Source: Vibrio tubiashii (lineage in GTDB: Bacteria; Pseudomonadota; Gammaproteobacteria; Enterobacterales; Vibrionaceae). From it: a stretch of DNA of 32,000 bases. The stretch is taken from positions 616,923-648,922 of the forward strand of contig JRWQ01000001.1 of NCBI GenBank assembly GCA_000775715.1, read 5' to 3'. Positions within the stretch are counted from its first letter, which is position 1; each line of letters starts with the position of its first letter. The position numbers and the translations under genes were made by a program. Positions 8,960 through 17,303 of this stretch are shown here, piece after piece. The notes below the pieces were generated by a model that did not search any database, was not told the DNA's origin, and saw nothing but the letters and a program-made list of their open reading frames with translations.

Positions 8960-10255
8960 ATGATGAAACACTTATGGATTACCGGAATGCTTTCAGCGGC
9001 TGTATCTGGTTCAGCACTCGCAGCAACGGAAGTAACATGGTGGCATGCAATGGGCGGTCAGCTTGGCGAAACCGTGAACAAAATTGCGACTGATTTCAAC
9101 GCATCTCAAGATGACTACAAATTAGTTCCTGTTTACAAGGGCTCTTACACAGAGACACTAACGGCAGGTATTGCGGCTTTCCGTGCGAACGAAGCGCCAA
9201 ACATTCTTCAGGTGTTTGATGCAGGTGCTGCAACCATCATGAATGCAAAAGGTGTGGCTAAGCCAGTGCAAGACATCATGGTAGATTCTGGTTACAGCTT
9301 TAACTCTAAAGATTACCTAGCAGGTGTGCGTAACTTCTATGCAGACAGCCAAGGTAAGATGGTTGGCATGCCATTCAACAGCTCAACGCCTGTACTTTAC
9401 TTCAACCGCGACATGCTTGCAGAAGCGGGTGTTGAAGCACCTAAGACTTATGAAGAGATGGAAGTTGTTGCGCAAAAGCTAAAAGCCAAAGGCCACGCGG
9501 CATTTTCTCAGTCTCACACTCCTTGGATCTTCTTTGAGAACTTCAAATCTCGCCATAACCAACAGCTCGCTGACAAAAACAATGGTTATGATGCGCCTGC
9601 AACCAAAGTTATGTACAGCACTAAGAACCTACAGATGCACTTCACTAAGATGAAAGAGTGGGCAGATAAGGGTTACTACAAGTACTACGGTAAAGACTGG
9701 GCAGCGAACCAAACGCCATTCGAACGCAAAGAAGTTGCAATGTGGATTGGCTCTTCGGGTTCATTTGGTGGCCTGCGTGACCGCGTTGACTTCAAGCTAG
9801 GCACAACATTCCTTCCTTACTGGGAATCGGTCGATAAGAACGCTGGCGTGACCTTTATTGGTGGTGCGGCGCTGTTTGCTCTGTCTGGTCATGACAAAGC
9901 GCAAGACAAAGGTGTTGCGGCATTCTTTAACTACCTAACTAGCCCTGAAGTTCAAATGCAGTGGCACAAAACAACGGGTTACGTTCCTGTCACTAACGCG
10001 GCTTATGAGCTAACTAAAAAATCTGGCTACTACAAAGAGAGCCCAGATGCGGAAGTGGGTGTTCAGCAATTGAGCCTACCTGGTGGTGAGTGGACTAAAG
10101 GTTACCGCCTTGGCTTCTACCCTCAGATTCGTGAAGTAATGTACCGTGAAACGGATAAGATCTTTGCAGGTGAGTCAAAAGTTCCGGCTAGCCTTGAGAA
10201 GATCGATATTGAAGCACAACAGCTTCTAAAGCGCTTCGCACGCACTGTTCAGTAA
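8960..10255 (+). CDS. ugpB: ABC transporter substrate-binding protein, UgpB-like (glycerol-3-phosphate/glycerophosphodiester type)
   Basis: Signal peptide MMKHLWITGMLSAAVSGSALA followed by ATEVTWWHAMGGQLGETVNKIATDFNASQDDYKLVPVYKGSYTETLTAGIAAFRANEAPNILQV, very close to UgpB. Start trimmed from 8855 to 8960 because of AAGGAAAGGA RBS and signal peptide. Confidence 0.88.
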   Translation: MMKHLWITGMLSAAVSGSALAATEVTWWHAMGGQLGETVNKIATDFNASQDDYKLVPVYKGSYTETLTAGIAAFRANEAPNILQVFDAGAATIMNAKGVAKPVQDIMVDSGYSFNSKDYLAGVRNFYADSQGKMVGMPFNSSTPVLYFNRDMLAEAGVEAPKTYEEMEVVAQKLKAKGHAAFSQSHTPWIFFENFKSRHNQQLADKNNGYDAPATKVMYSTKNLQMHFTKMKEWADKGYYKYYGKDWAANQTPFERKEVAMWIGSSGSFGGLRDRVDFKLGTTFLPYWESVDKNAGVTFIGGAALFALSGHDKAQDKGVAAFFNYLTSPEVQMQWHKTTGYVPVTNAAYELTKKSGYYKESPDAEVGVQQLSLPGGEWTKGYRLGFYPQIREVMYRETDKIFAGESKVPASLEKIDIEAQQLLKRFARTVQ

Positions 10256-10266
10256 ATTACGACCTT

Positions 10267-10298
10267 AAGCCTCACCTTTAGGGGTGGGGCTTTCTTTT
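10267..10298 (+). terminator. Stem-loop with T-rich tail between ugpB-like and ugpA-like genes; probable intra-operon attenuator or mRNA-stability element
   Basis: AAGCCTCACC (10267-10276) pairs with GGTGGGGCTT (10283-10292) with one wobble, then TCTTTT. Confidence 0.6.
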
Positions 10299-10327
10299 AT
10301 CTCATATTTCTACTTTTTGGAGTCCAC

Positions 10328-11209
10328 GTGGAACGTCGTCAACAATTCCGGCACTCTCCTTTGCCTTATGTGTTTCTGGCTCCGCAGATTTTAATTATTG
10401 CGATATTTTTTATCTACCCGGCAGCTCAAGCGGTTTACCTATCCTTTATGTTGGAAGACCCTTGGGGACTGTCATCCACCTTTGTCTGGTTTGAAAACTA
10501 CACAATCCTTTTTGAATCAGAGGAATATTTGAAGTCTGTCGGGTTTACCCTGTATTACTCGCTGTTGGTGTCTTTCTTTTCATTGGCATTGGCGTTATTG
10601 CTCGCAGTAAAAGCGAATAACGTCCTTCATGGCCAAAGCACCTATCGAGTCACACTCACTTGGGTATACGCGGTAGCCCCTGCGGTGGCAGGTATGATGG
10701 GCACTTTCTTGTTCAGCCCTCACCTAGGTGTGTTTGTCGATCTATTTAAAGCCCTAGAGATCAACTTTAGTTTTCAAACTGACTCGAATGACGCCATTAT
10801 CGCGCTTGTCGTTGTCTCGGTGTGGAAGCAGATCTCGGTAAACTTTGTCTACTTCTTGGCTGGGCTTCAGTCTATTCCAACTTCGGTTAAAGAAGCGTCG
10901 ATGCTCGACTGTATTAGCGATACCAGGCGTTTCTGGACTATCACCTTTCCGCTTCTTGCCCCAACCGGCTTTTTCTTGTTGGTGATTAACCTGACCTATG
11001 CCTTCTTCGATACTTTCGGTGTTATCGACATGATGACGGGCGGTGGACCGGGCGGCTCAACCACAACCTTAGTGTACAAGGTGTTTACTGACGGGTTTGT
11101 CGGCGCAGACCTTGGTGGTAGCTCAGCTCAATCGGTAGTGCTACTGATTATGGTGCTTGGTCTTACCTATCTTCAGTTCCGTTTTATTGAAAAACGTGTT
11201 CATTATTAA
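10328..11209 (+). CDS. ugpA: ABC transporter permease, UgpA-like
   Basis: 293 aa, GTG start; PYVFLAPQILIIAIFFIYPAAQAVYLSF and permease EAA-type loop EASMLDCISDTRRFWTITFPLL. Confidence 0.88.
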   Translation: MERRQQFRHSPLPYVFLAPQILIIAIFFIYPAAQAVYLSFMLEDPWGLSSTFVWFENYTILFESEEYLKSVGFTLYYSLLVSFFSLALALLLAVKANNVLHGQSTYRVTLTWVYAVAPAVAGMMGTFLFSPHLGVFVDLFKALEINFSFQTDSNDAIIALVVVSVWKQISVNFVYFLAGLQSIPTSVKEASMLDCISDTRRFWTITFPLLAPTGFFLLVINLTYAFFDTFGVIDMMTGGGPGGSTTTLVYKVFTDGFVGADLGGSSAQSVVLLIMVLGLTYLQFRFIEKRVHY

Positions 11210-11222
11210 GGGAGCTAAGACA

Positions 11223-12065
11223 ATGAAAAACAATAGAATTAGCGATCATATTATTCTTATCTTGGGTGCGGCTTTTATGCTGTTCCCTATCTGGCTTATC
11301 TTCGCCAGCTCCACTCATGATTCAGCCACCATTCTTACGGAAGGCTTACAGTGGCTGCCAGGTGATCATTTTATTGAGGTCTATGATAAGGCGTGGAACA
11401 CCGACCAAGGCTTCACTACTGACGTTACGGCTAAGACAATGATCATCAACTCTTTGATCATGGGGTTAGGGTTCGCCATCGGTAAGATAATCATATCTCT
11501 TTGCGCAGCCTATGCTTTGGTCTACTTCAGGCTGCCCTATGCCAGTGCTTGGTTCTGGCTAATCTTCGTGACCCTGCTGCTTCCTCTTGAAGTGCGCATC
11601 ATGCCTTCTTATGAAGTGGTGTCTAAGCTGGGCATGCTGAACAGCTATTCCGGTCTTATCGTACCGCTAATTGCGTCGGCAACGGCGACCTTCTTCTTTC
11701 GTCAGTTCTTTAAAACCATACCTGATGAACTGCTTGAGGCGGCACAGCTAGACAATGCAGGGCCACTGCGTTTTATCGTCGATATCTTACTACCACTTTC
11801 ACGAACCATGATGGCGGCGATTTTCATCATCATGTTTGTGGTTGGTTGGAACCAGTACTTATGGCCGATCATGATGACCACAGTCGAAAGCTACAACACC
11901 ATAGTGATGGGTATTAAGCAGATACTGGCCAACATCAACGAGACGCCAGACCCAAGATACAACTATGCCTTTGCCATGGTGATCCTCGCCATGCTGCCGC
12001 CAGTGCTGGTGGTGATTATCTTCCAACGCTGGTTCGTTAAAGGACTGGTCGAGAGCGAAAAATAG
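11223..12065 (+). CDS. ugpE: ABC transporter permease, UgpE-like
   Basis: Start trimmed to ATG 11223 (MKNNRISDHIILILGAAFMLFPIWLIFASSTHDS) preceded by AAGGGAG. EAA loop LLEAAQLDNAGPLRFIVDILLPLSR. Confidence 0.88.
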   Translation: MKNNRISDHIILILGAAFMLFPIWLIFASSTHDSATILTEGLQWLPGDHFIEVYDKAWNTDQGFTTDVTAKTMIINSLIMGLGFAIGKIIISLCAAYALVYFRLPYASAWFWLIFVTLLLPLEVRIMPSYEVVSKLGMLNSYSGLIVPLIASATATFFFRQFFKTIPDELLEAAQLDNAGPLRFIVDILLPLSRTMMAAIFIIMFVVGWNQYLWPIMMTTVESYNTIVMGIKQILANINETPDPRYNYAFAMVILAMLPPVLVVIIFQRWFVKGLVESEK

Positions 12066-12085
12066 AATCTAGAGCGAATAAAACA

Positions 12086-13150
12086 ATGTTAGAAATTAAG
12101 CAATTGGTAAAAACCTACGAAAATGGCCATCAGGCAGTCAAAGGCGTCAATCTGGATACCACCAACGGTGAATTTATCGTTCTTGTTGGCCCTTCAGGCT
12201 GTGGGAAGTCTTCTATTTTGCGTTCTATCGCTGGCTTAGAGTCGATCTCAGGTGGCGAAATCTACCTCAACAACCGACGTGTTGACACTGAAAAGCCTGC
12301 GTCACGCGATATCGCGATGGTATTCCAAAACTATGCGCTCTATCCACATATGACGGTATACAACAATCTTGCTTACGGCCTAAAAAATCGTGGCGTAGAT
12401 AAGGCCGTGATTGATGAGAAAATTCAAAACGTCGCCAAGACACTCAAGATTGAAGAGTACTTAGATCGCAAACCGGCGAAACTCTCTGGAGGCCAAAGAC
12501 AGCGTGTCGCGATGGGCAGGGCGATCGTTCGTGATCCGCAGCTATTCTTGTTTGATGAGCCGCTATCAAACCTCGATGCTTCACTGCGCGCCCACATGCG
12601 CCTCAAGATCAAGAAGTTGCAGCGTGAGTTAGGCGTGACGAGTGTGTACGTTACACATGATCAAGTTGAAGCTATGACCCTAGCTGATCGCATTGTTGTA
12701 CTCAATCAGGGTCAAATAGAGCAAGTCGGCACACCGTCTGAAGTTTACCACTGGCCGGCCAGCCGCTTTGTAGCGAGTTTTATGGGCAGCCCGGCGATGA
12801 ACTTTTTGCAAGCGACGCTCCAAGATGGCGTTCTCTCCGTCGCAGGTCATGATATTCCAGTGCCTGAATATAACGGTATTAATCAGGAAGTCACTCTGGG
12901 TATCCGCCCTGAACATGCCGAGACAAAGGCGCTAGACAACGCTCTGAACTTTGTACTGAACATCAGTGTGATTGAACCGTTGGGCCCGAATCAGCTGGTG
13001 CACGGTAAGGTGGATGGGCAAGCTTTTATCGCGGTGACACCTGAAACGGAATTTGACGTAGCAGTGCCGCTGAGCCTTTATGTTGATCGCGGTAACCTCC
13101 ACCTATTTGATGCGCAGGGAAAGCGCATTGAGCCAATTAAGTTGCAATAA
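12086..13150 (+). CDS. ugpC: ABC transporter ATP-binding protein, UgpC-like
   Basis: 354 aa; Walker A GPSGCGKSS, signature LSGGQRQRVAMGRA, Walker B LFLFDEPLSNLD, TOBE-type C-terminal domain. Confidence 0.92.
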   Translation: MLEIKQLVKTYENGHQAVKGVNLDTTNGEFIVLVGPSGCGKSSILRSIAGLESISGGEIYLNNRRVDTEKPASRDIAMVFQNYALYPHMTVYNNLAYGLKNRGVDKAVIDEKIQNVAKTLKIEEYLDRKPAKLSGGQRQRVAMGRAIVRDPQLFLFDEPLSNLDASLRAHMRLKIKKLQRELGVTSVYVTHDQVEAMTLADRIVVLNQGQIEQVGTPSEVYHWPASRFVASFMGSPAMNFLQATLQDGVLSVAGHDIPVPEYNGINQEVTLGIRPEHAETKALDNALNFVLNISVIEPLGPNQLVHGKVDGQAFIAVTPETEFDVAVPLSLYVDRGNLHLFDAQGKRIEPIKLQ

Positions 13151-13180
13151 CAGATACCAACCCCAGATAAGGACATTACG

Positions 13181-13942
13181 GTGACTCTATCTTTAAGACA
13201 AAAAGAGATTCTTAGCTATCTACAGCGCAGCAATGGTGTTCTATCCAGTGCTCTGCTGTCAGAGACATTCAACATATCGGTTCAGACCATTCGTAAGGAT
13301 ATGAATGATTTGAGCGATAAAGGGCTTGTTCGGCGCGTACATGGCGGGATTACTCTGCCAAGTGCTAATGATAACTTATCGTTTACCAATCGAGATTTGC
13401 TGAATGTCTCAGCTAAGCAGCGCATAGCGAAAAAAGTGGCTAGCGAAATCCCAGAGGGGTGCAGTATTTTCCTCGGTATAGGGACCACACCTAAGCATGT
13501 GGCGACGGCTCTGTTGGATCACCCAGGCTTAACCGTGGTCACTAACAATATAAATGCGGCTCTTACGCTAAGTCGAAATTCTAATATTTCTACTTATCTT
13601 GCGGGGGGAGCGGTCAGAATTTCAGATGAAGATACAGTTGGTGAGGCGACGACACGCTTTTATCGCCAATTTAATATCAAGATTGGTATCTTTGGTATTG
13701 GTGGTTTAGGAGACCAGGGGGAGCTTCTGGATTTTACTCCGGAAGAGGCTAATCTCACTAGAGCCATCATTGAGCAGAGCCGCCAGTGTTGGCTGATTGC
13801 TGATAAAACCAAACCGGGCAGATACGCGCCAGTTGTCAGCGCGCAGCTTTCCGAAATGGATCGTTTGTTTGTAGATGATGCAGTACCAGAGTTTCAATCA
13901 CTATGTAGAATCAATCAGGTAGAGCTGGTTGTCGCAGATTAA
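13181..13942 (+). CDS. DeoR-family transcriptional regulator embedded in the ugp-like operon
   Basis: 253 aa, GTG start; LRQKEILSYLQRSNGVLSSALLSETFNISVQTIRKDMNDLSDKGLVRRVHGG and ...CWLIADKTKPGRYAPV. Confidence 0.9.
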   Translation: MTLSLRQKEILSYLQRSNGVLSSALLSETFNISVQTIRKDMNDLSDKGLVRRVHGGITLPSANDNLSFTNRDLLNVSAKQRIAKKVASEIPEGCSIFLGIGTTPKHVATALLDHPGLTVVTNNINAALTLSRNSNISTYLAGGAVRISDEDTVGEATTRFYRQFNIKIGIFGIGGLGDQGELLDFTPEEANLTRAIIEQSRQCWLIADKTKPGRYAPVVSAQLSEMDRLFVDDAVPEFQSLCRINQVELVVAD

Positions 13943-13951
13943 GGAATAATA

Positions 13952-14659
13952 ATGAGACCAATAATTGTCGGTCATAGAGGGGTGTCAGGCCACTATCCTG
14001 AGAACACAAAAGCCAGTATAGAGGCGGCGATTTCTATGGGTTTGGAATGGATAGAGGTCGATGTTCAGCCGACCAAAGATCGCCAGCTTGTGATCTGCCA
14101 TGATCATACGCTTGATAGATGCAGCAATGGTGAAGGGCGTGTCGACCAACACACGCTTGAAGAGTTAAAACAGCTTGATTTCGGTTCGTGGTTCTCTTCA
14201 GACTTTGCTAGCGAAGAGATCTTAACCCTAGGTGAGTTGTTTGCCATTGTTAAGGTAAGCAACATTAAGCTCAATCTAGAGATTAAGCTCGATACTGATT
14301 GTGCGGAAGAGGTGGTTACTAGCGTTGCGCAGTTGCTGAGTGAGCATCAGATAGATGATGAATCGATAATCCTTTCAAGCTTCAATCCGCAAGTGATGAG
14401 AGCCCTCGGAGAGCAGTGCAGTGAGTACAAGCTCGGAGTCATTTGCGACGAGCTAAGCAGTGATGTTCTCGCTCTGTTTAAAACCATCAATGCCTATAGC
14501 TGCCATTTGAACTATAAGCACATTACCGAAGCAGATCTCAACCAACTTGCAGAGATAGGCTGCGCTGTATGGTGCTTTACGGTTAATGAACCCGTGAGCT
14601 TCCCGTTGCTCGATAAAGTGGATGCGATCTTTAGTGATTATCCTGAGCGGTTTTTGTAG
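13952..14659 (+). CDS. ugpQ: Glycerophosphodiester phosphodiesterase (UgpQ-like)
   Basis: 235 aa; IVGHRGVSGHYPENTKASIEAAISMGLEWIEVDVQPTKDRQLVICHDHTLDRCSNG is the GDPD catalytic signature (HRG...PENT, E..D, HD). Confidence 0.92.
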   Translation: MRPIIVGHRGVSGHYPENTKASIEAAISMGLEWIEVDVQPTKDRQLVICHDHTLDRCSNGEGRVDQHTLEELKQLDFGSWFSSDFASEEILTLGELFAIVKVSNIKLNLEIKLDTDCAEEVVTSVAQLLSEHQIDDESIILSSFNPQVMRALGEQCSEYKLGVICDELSSDVLALFKTINAYSCHLNYKHITEADLNQLAEIGCAVWCFTVNEPVSFPLLDKVDAIFSDYPERFL

Positions 14660-14718
14660 AAGTAGTTCACAAAATAACCACAACAAGCTTTCTAACTAGT
14701 CTTCTTATTTGCTAATTT

Positions 14719-14738
14719 ATCTTCAAAATAATGAAGAT
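14719..14738. promoter_or_regulatory. Perfect palindrome immediately upstream of yhfZ; candidate operator
   Basis: ATCTTCA (14719-14725) - AAATAA - TGAAGAT (14732-14738), ending 8 nt before the yhfZ ATG at 14747. Confidence 0.5.
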
Positions 14739-14746
14739 TTAAATTT

Positions 14747-15643
14747 ATGTCAGTTCAATACATTAGCAAAGAAGGCGCAGCGATCATGAATATCGCTCAA
14801 TACCTAATGACCACAAACGAAGGTGATCGGTTAAGAACTATCGACTCGCTCTCAGAGGAGTTTGCGGTCTCGGTAGGCTTTATTCAAAAAGCGCTAACCA
14901 CCATAGAGCAGCGTGGTGCCGTAGTGTTATCAAAACAGGGACGCAACGGTACTTTTATCAGCCAGTTAAACTATCAAGAATTGGTTGCATGCGCTGGGAT
15001 CAGCAATGTCGTTTGTGCTATGCCACTTCCCTATACTCGTCATTATGAAGGGTTGGCAAGCGGTCTAAAAGCGCAACTTGGTGGTCTTCCGCTCTACTTT
15101 GCCCATATGCGCGGTGCAAGCGTACGTGCCGAATGTTTGAGAAATGGCACCTATGATGTGGCAATTATGTCGAAGTTGGCAGCGAAAGAGTTGGCATCTG
15201 GGTTGATTACGGCCATTGATTTGGGGCCAAGGACTTATTCTCACGAACACCGTTTAATCTTTCGTCAGGGAGAGTTTGAGCAAATCAAACGTGTCGGTGT
15301 CGATCCCGATTCTCCAGACCAAAAAATCCTCACTAGTCAGGCATTTGAAGACAAGGAAATCGAAATTGTCGAAATACACTACGGTGAAAGTTTAAATCAC
15401 CTGACCAATGGTGATATTGACGCAGTCGTTTGGCTTCCAGAAGCCATTGATATGGAGAAATATGGCTTAGCAGAGCAATCGCTTAGCCACCTACCAGCGT
15501 GCCAGCAAGCATCAGAAGCTGTTATGTTGGTCAATGGCAACGAGCAGCACATTACTACCTTGCTGCGTAAATTACTGAAACTTTCACCGCTACTGATCCA
15601 TCAACAAGCGGTGGTGAAAGGTGAACTCACACCAAGCTATTAA
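14747..15643 (+). CDS. yhfZ: YhfZ-like protein: putative regulator with N-terminal winged-helix and C-terminal periplasmic-binding-like sensor domain
   Basis: 298 aa; NVVCAMPLPYTRHYEGLASGLKAQLGGLPLYFAHMRGASVRAECLRNGTYDVA and terminal HQQAVVKGELTPSY match E. coli YhfZ closely. Confidence 0.9.
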   Translation: MSVQYISKEGAAIMNIAQYLMTTNEGDRLRTIDSLSEEFAVSVGFIQKALTTIEQRGAVVLSKQGRNGTFISQLNYQELVACAGISNVVCAMPLPYTRHYEGLASGLKAQLGGLPLYFAHMRGASVRAECLRNGTYDVAIMSKLAAKELASGLITAIDLGPRTYSHEHRLIFRQGEFEQIKRVGVDPDSPDQKILTSQAFEDKEIEIVEIHYGESLNHLTNGDIDAVVWLPEAIDMEKYGLAEQSLSHLPACQQASEAVMLVNGNEQHITTLLRKLLKLSPLLIHQQAVVKGELTPSY

Positions 15644-15652
15644 AGGTGACAT

Positions 15653-16024
15653 ATGGAAGAGCGACTCGAGCTGCTGCTGCAAGCCAATGTGATTAGCTCA
15701 AAAGCGCAACAAGGCTGTTTACGAGCAATTGATATCATCGATAAGCAACTGCCTGTGCGGCACGACAATGAACAGTATCAAATGGCGATCACTCATTTGG
15801 CAAGAGCGGCGGATCGTATTTGGCAAAATGAAGCCGTAGTAGAGGGATTGGACCAAGACATTCTCGATGAGATTTCTGCTGATGAATGTTATTCCGACAC
15901 ACTCGCACTACATCAAGATGTATTGGGTGCGATGCAGCTTCACACTGTACCGAGTAGTGAGGAGGGGTTTATGCTAGCCAATATCTATTCATTGATTCAG
16001 ACCTCTCTTGAGGAGACAAAATGA
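15653..16024 (+). CDS. yhfY: YhfY-like small protein (PRD-domain-like)
   Basis: 123 aa between yhfZ and php; MEERLELLLQANVISSKAQQGCLRAIDIIDKQL. Call rests on size, position and PRD-like look. Confidence 0.7.
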   Translation: MEERLELLLQANVISSKAQQGCLRAIDIIDKQLPVRHDNEQYQMAITHLARAADRIWQNEAVVEGLDQDILDEISADECYSDTLALHQDVLGAMQLHTVPSSEEGFMLANIYSLIQTSLEETK

Positions 16025-16899
16025 TGATTGATGCTACGGGTTATACCTACTGCCATGAGCACTTGCACATCGACTTATCACCACAAAAACACACTCTTGA
16101 TTGTCGATTGGATCAATACCAGCTGCTGTGTGAAGAGATGCGTGACGTTCAAAAACGTGGAGTACGTAACATCGTAGAAGTGACCAACTCTTTTATGGGA
16201 AGAAATCCTCAATTTATTGAAAATTTAATTAATGACACCGGTATCAACGTCTTGCTCTCTACTGGTTTCTATATTGAAGGATTCTTTCCCGCTGGTTTGT
16301 ACGACGCAAGTGTCGAGCAAATTGCCCAAGGAATGATCAATGAGATAGAAGTTGGTATTGATGGCTCTTGCTTAAAAGCAAGCGTGATTGGTGAAATTGG
16401 CAGTAGCGAAGATCAGTTTAGTCCAACCGAGCAAAAAGTCTTTCAAGCCGCAGCAATCGCCCATCTTGAAACGGGTCGTCCAATCTCAACTCACCAATCA
16501 ATGAGCACGATGGGCAGACAACAAATTGAACTACTAAAACAGTGCGGCGTTGAAATGGAAAACGTCACCATTGGGCACTGTGACCTGCGCGATAACTTTG
16601 AGCACATTGTTTGGATGCTCGATCAAGGCTGCTATGTGCAGTTCGACACCATTGGCAAAAACAGTTACTACCCAGACGAAAAACGTGCAGCCTCCCTCGC
16701 CGAGCTATGCCGACGTGGCTACGAAAAACAGATCATGCTCTCGATGGACATTACCCGTCGATCGCACTTGAAAGCCAACGGTGGCCTAGGTTTTAGCTAC
16801 CTAATTGACAAATTTGTGCCCTTGCTTAAACACCATGGGGTTAGTGATCACCAAATAAGCACCCTACTAAAAACCAACCCTGCTCGCTTATTTGGCTAG
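16021..16899 (+). CDS. php: Phosphotriesterase homology protein (Php/YhfV)
   Basis: 292 aa; DATGYTYCHEHLHIDLS...NCRLDQ-like region, KASVIGEIGSSED, RPISTHQSMSTMG, VTIGHCDLRDN, MLSMDITRRSHLKANGG: full amidohydrolase metal-ligand set and strong similarity to E. coli Php. Overlaps the yhfY stop by 4 nt. Confidence 0.93.
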   Translation: MMIDATGYTYCHEHLHIDLSPQKHTLDCRLDQYQLLCEEMRDVQKRGVRNIVEVTNSFMGRNPQFIENLINDTGINVLLSTGFYIEGFFPAGLYDASVEQIAQGMINEIEVGIDGSCLKASVIGEIGSSEDQFSPTEQKVFQAAAIAHLETGRPISTHQSMSTMGRQQIELLKQCGVEMENVTIGHCDLRDNFEHIVWMLDQGCYVQFDTIGKNSYYPDEKRAASLAELCRRGYEKQIMLSMDITRRSHLKANGGLGFSYLIDKFVPLLKHHGVSDHQISTLLKTNPARLFG

Positions 16900-16933
16900 A
16901 GAGCGTCCGCGCTCAAAAATATAAGGATAGAAC

Positions 16934-17293
16934 ATGAAAAAAATCGCGATTGCTGGTTTGCAGCGTGAGCAAATCAAACAGCAAATTGAGACAACCATGC
17001 CTGACACCTTTGAGTGCCATATCCTCACCGATATGGATGCGGCGATGAAGGTTAAGTCAGGAGAAATTGACTACTTTATTGGCTGTTGCAATACCGGTGC
17101 TGGTGGCGCATTAGCTATGGCTATTGCCATTATTGGCTTTGGTCAAAGTTGCACTATTGCAAAGCCTTCAATTCAAGCAAAGCAAGATGAGGTTCAGCAG
17201 TTTATAGATAAAGGTTGTGTCGCGTTTGGTTTATCGATTGAACATGTCGAGCATGCCGTTCCGATGCTAACAAAACTACTCGCAGAGAAGTAA
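16934..17293 (+). CDS. yhfU: YhfU-like small protein (DUF2620-type)
   Basis: 119 aa; KKIAIAGLQREQIKQQIETT...MDAAMKVKSGEIDYFIGCCNTGAGGALAMAIAIIG...FGLSIEHVEHAVPML matches E. coli YhfU. Confidence 0.88.
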   Translation: MKKIAIAGLQREQIKQQIETTMPDTFECHILTDMDAAMKVKSGEIDYFIGCCNTGAGGALAMAIAIIGFGQSCTIAKPSIQAKQDEVQQFIDKGCVAFGLSIEHVEHAVPMLTKLLAEK

Positions 17294-17303
17294 GGAGTCC
17301 ATC

